Shown piece after piece: positions 32,766 through 33,095 of a DNA stretch of 33,095 nt. This DNA is from Octopus sinensis (Eukaryota). Made by a program: the position numbers and the translations under genes. The DNA lies in NCBI RefSeq assembly GCF_006345805.1, contig NW_021832095.1:1-33095 (forward strand), written 5' to 3'. Position 1 is the first letter of the stretch; every line of letters begins with the position of its first letter. The notes under the pieces are model-generated. The model did not search any database, was not told where the DNA came from, and was given only the letters and a program-made list of their open reading frames with translations.

Positions 32766-33095
32766 AGTAGTGGTAGTAGTGGTGGTGGTGGTGATGGTGG
32801 TGGTGGTGGTGGTAGTGGTGGTAGTAGTAGTAGTAGTAAGTAGTAGTAGTAGTAGCAGGAAGATGACAATGAGGAACGGCAACTTCGACATGACGATGAG
32901 GATGAGGATGATAATGATGTAGAAGGATGCATATAACAGAAAGAAAGAAGGAAGGAAGGAAGAAAAGAAGGAAGGAAAGAAAGAAGGAAAGAAGGAAGGA
33001 AAGAAAGAAAGAAGGAAGAAGGCAAGAAGAAGGAAAGAAGGAGAAACAAAGAAGGAAAGAAACAAAGAAAGAAGGAAGGTAGGAAAGAAAGAAAG
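32766..33095. repeat. (GTA/GTG)n and (GAAG/GAAA)n low-complexity tracts
   Basis: Directly visible. Confidence 0.9.

Noticed and set aside
1676-33065. Dozens of ORF-track entries with poly-[12 protein letters not shown] or LSIY runs
   Set aside because: They are stop-free translations of microsatellites, not genes.
1-33095. Fanzor/TnpB, intact transposase, viral or prokaryotic defence genes
   Set aside because: No RuvC, DDE, capsid or operon-like ORFs were recognised on either strand.

Overview
AT-rich eukaryotic (animal) DNA, most likely from an octopus or other coleoid cephalopod. That assignment is inferred from recalled SINE families and the very high microsatellite density and is not database-verified. 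There is no complete protein-coding gene, and most ORF-track entries are translations of microsatellites. The window is a patchwork of tRNA-derived SINEs, 5'-truncated non-LTR retrotransposon relics (four R4/Dong-like RLE-type fragments, one 1.9-kb Tx1/L1-clade element, one CR1-like 3' end, one very old L1-like RT), MITEs (mariner-like, hAT-like), Helitron-like elements, a Penelope-type palindrome with two hammerhead-ribozyme motifs, and one candidate 59-bp exon. Two patterns stand out. (1) One SINE head/core carries interchangeable 3' tails: one tail matches the 3' end of the Tx1 element in this window, and another resembles the CR1 3' end. (2) Several retroelements each sit in a different microsatellite class: (TAA)n, (CATA)n with a diagnostic TSD, (GATA/GACA/GGTA)n and (TA)n.
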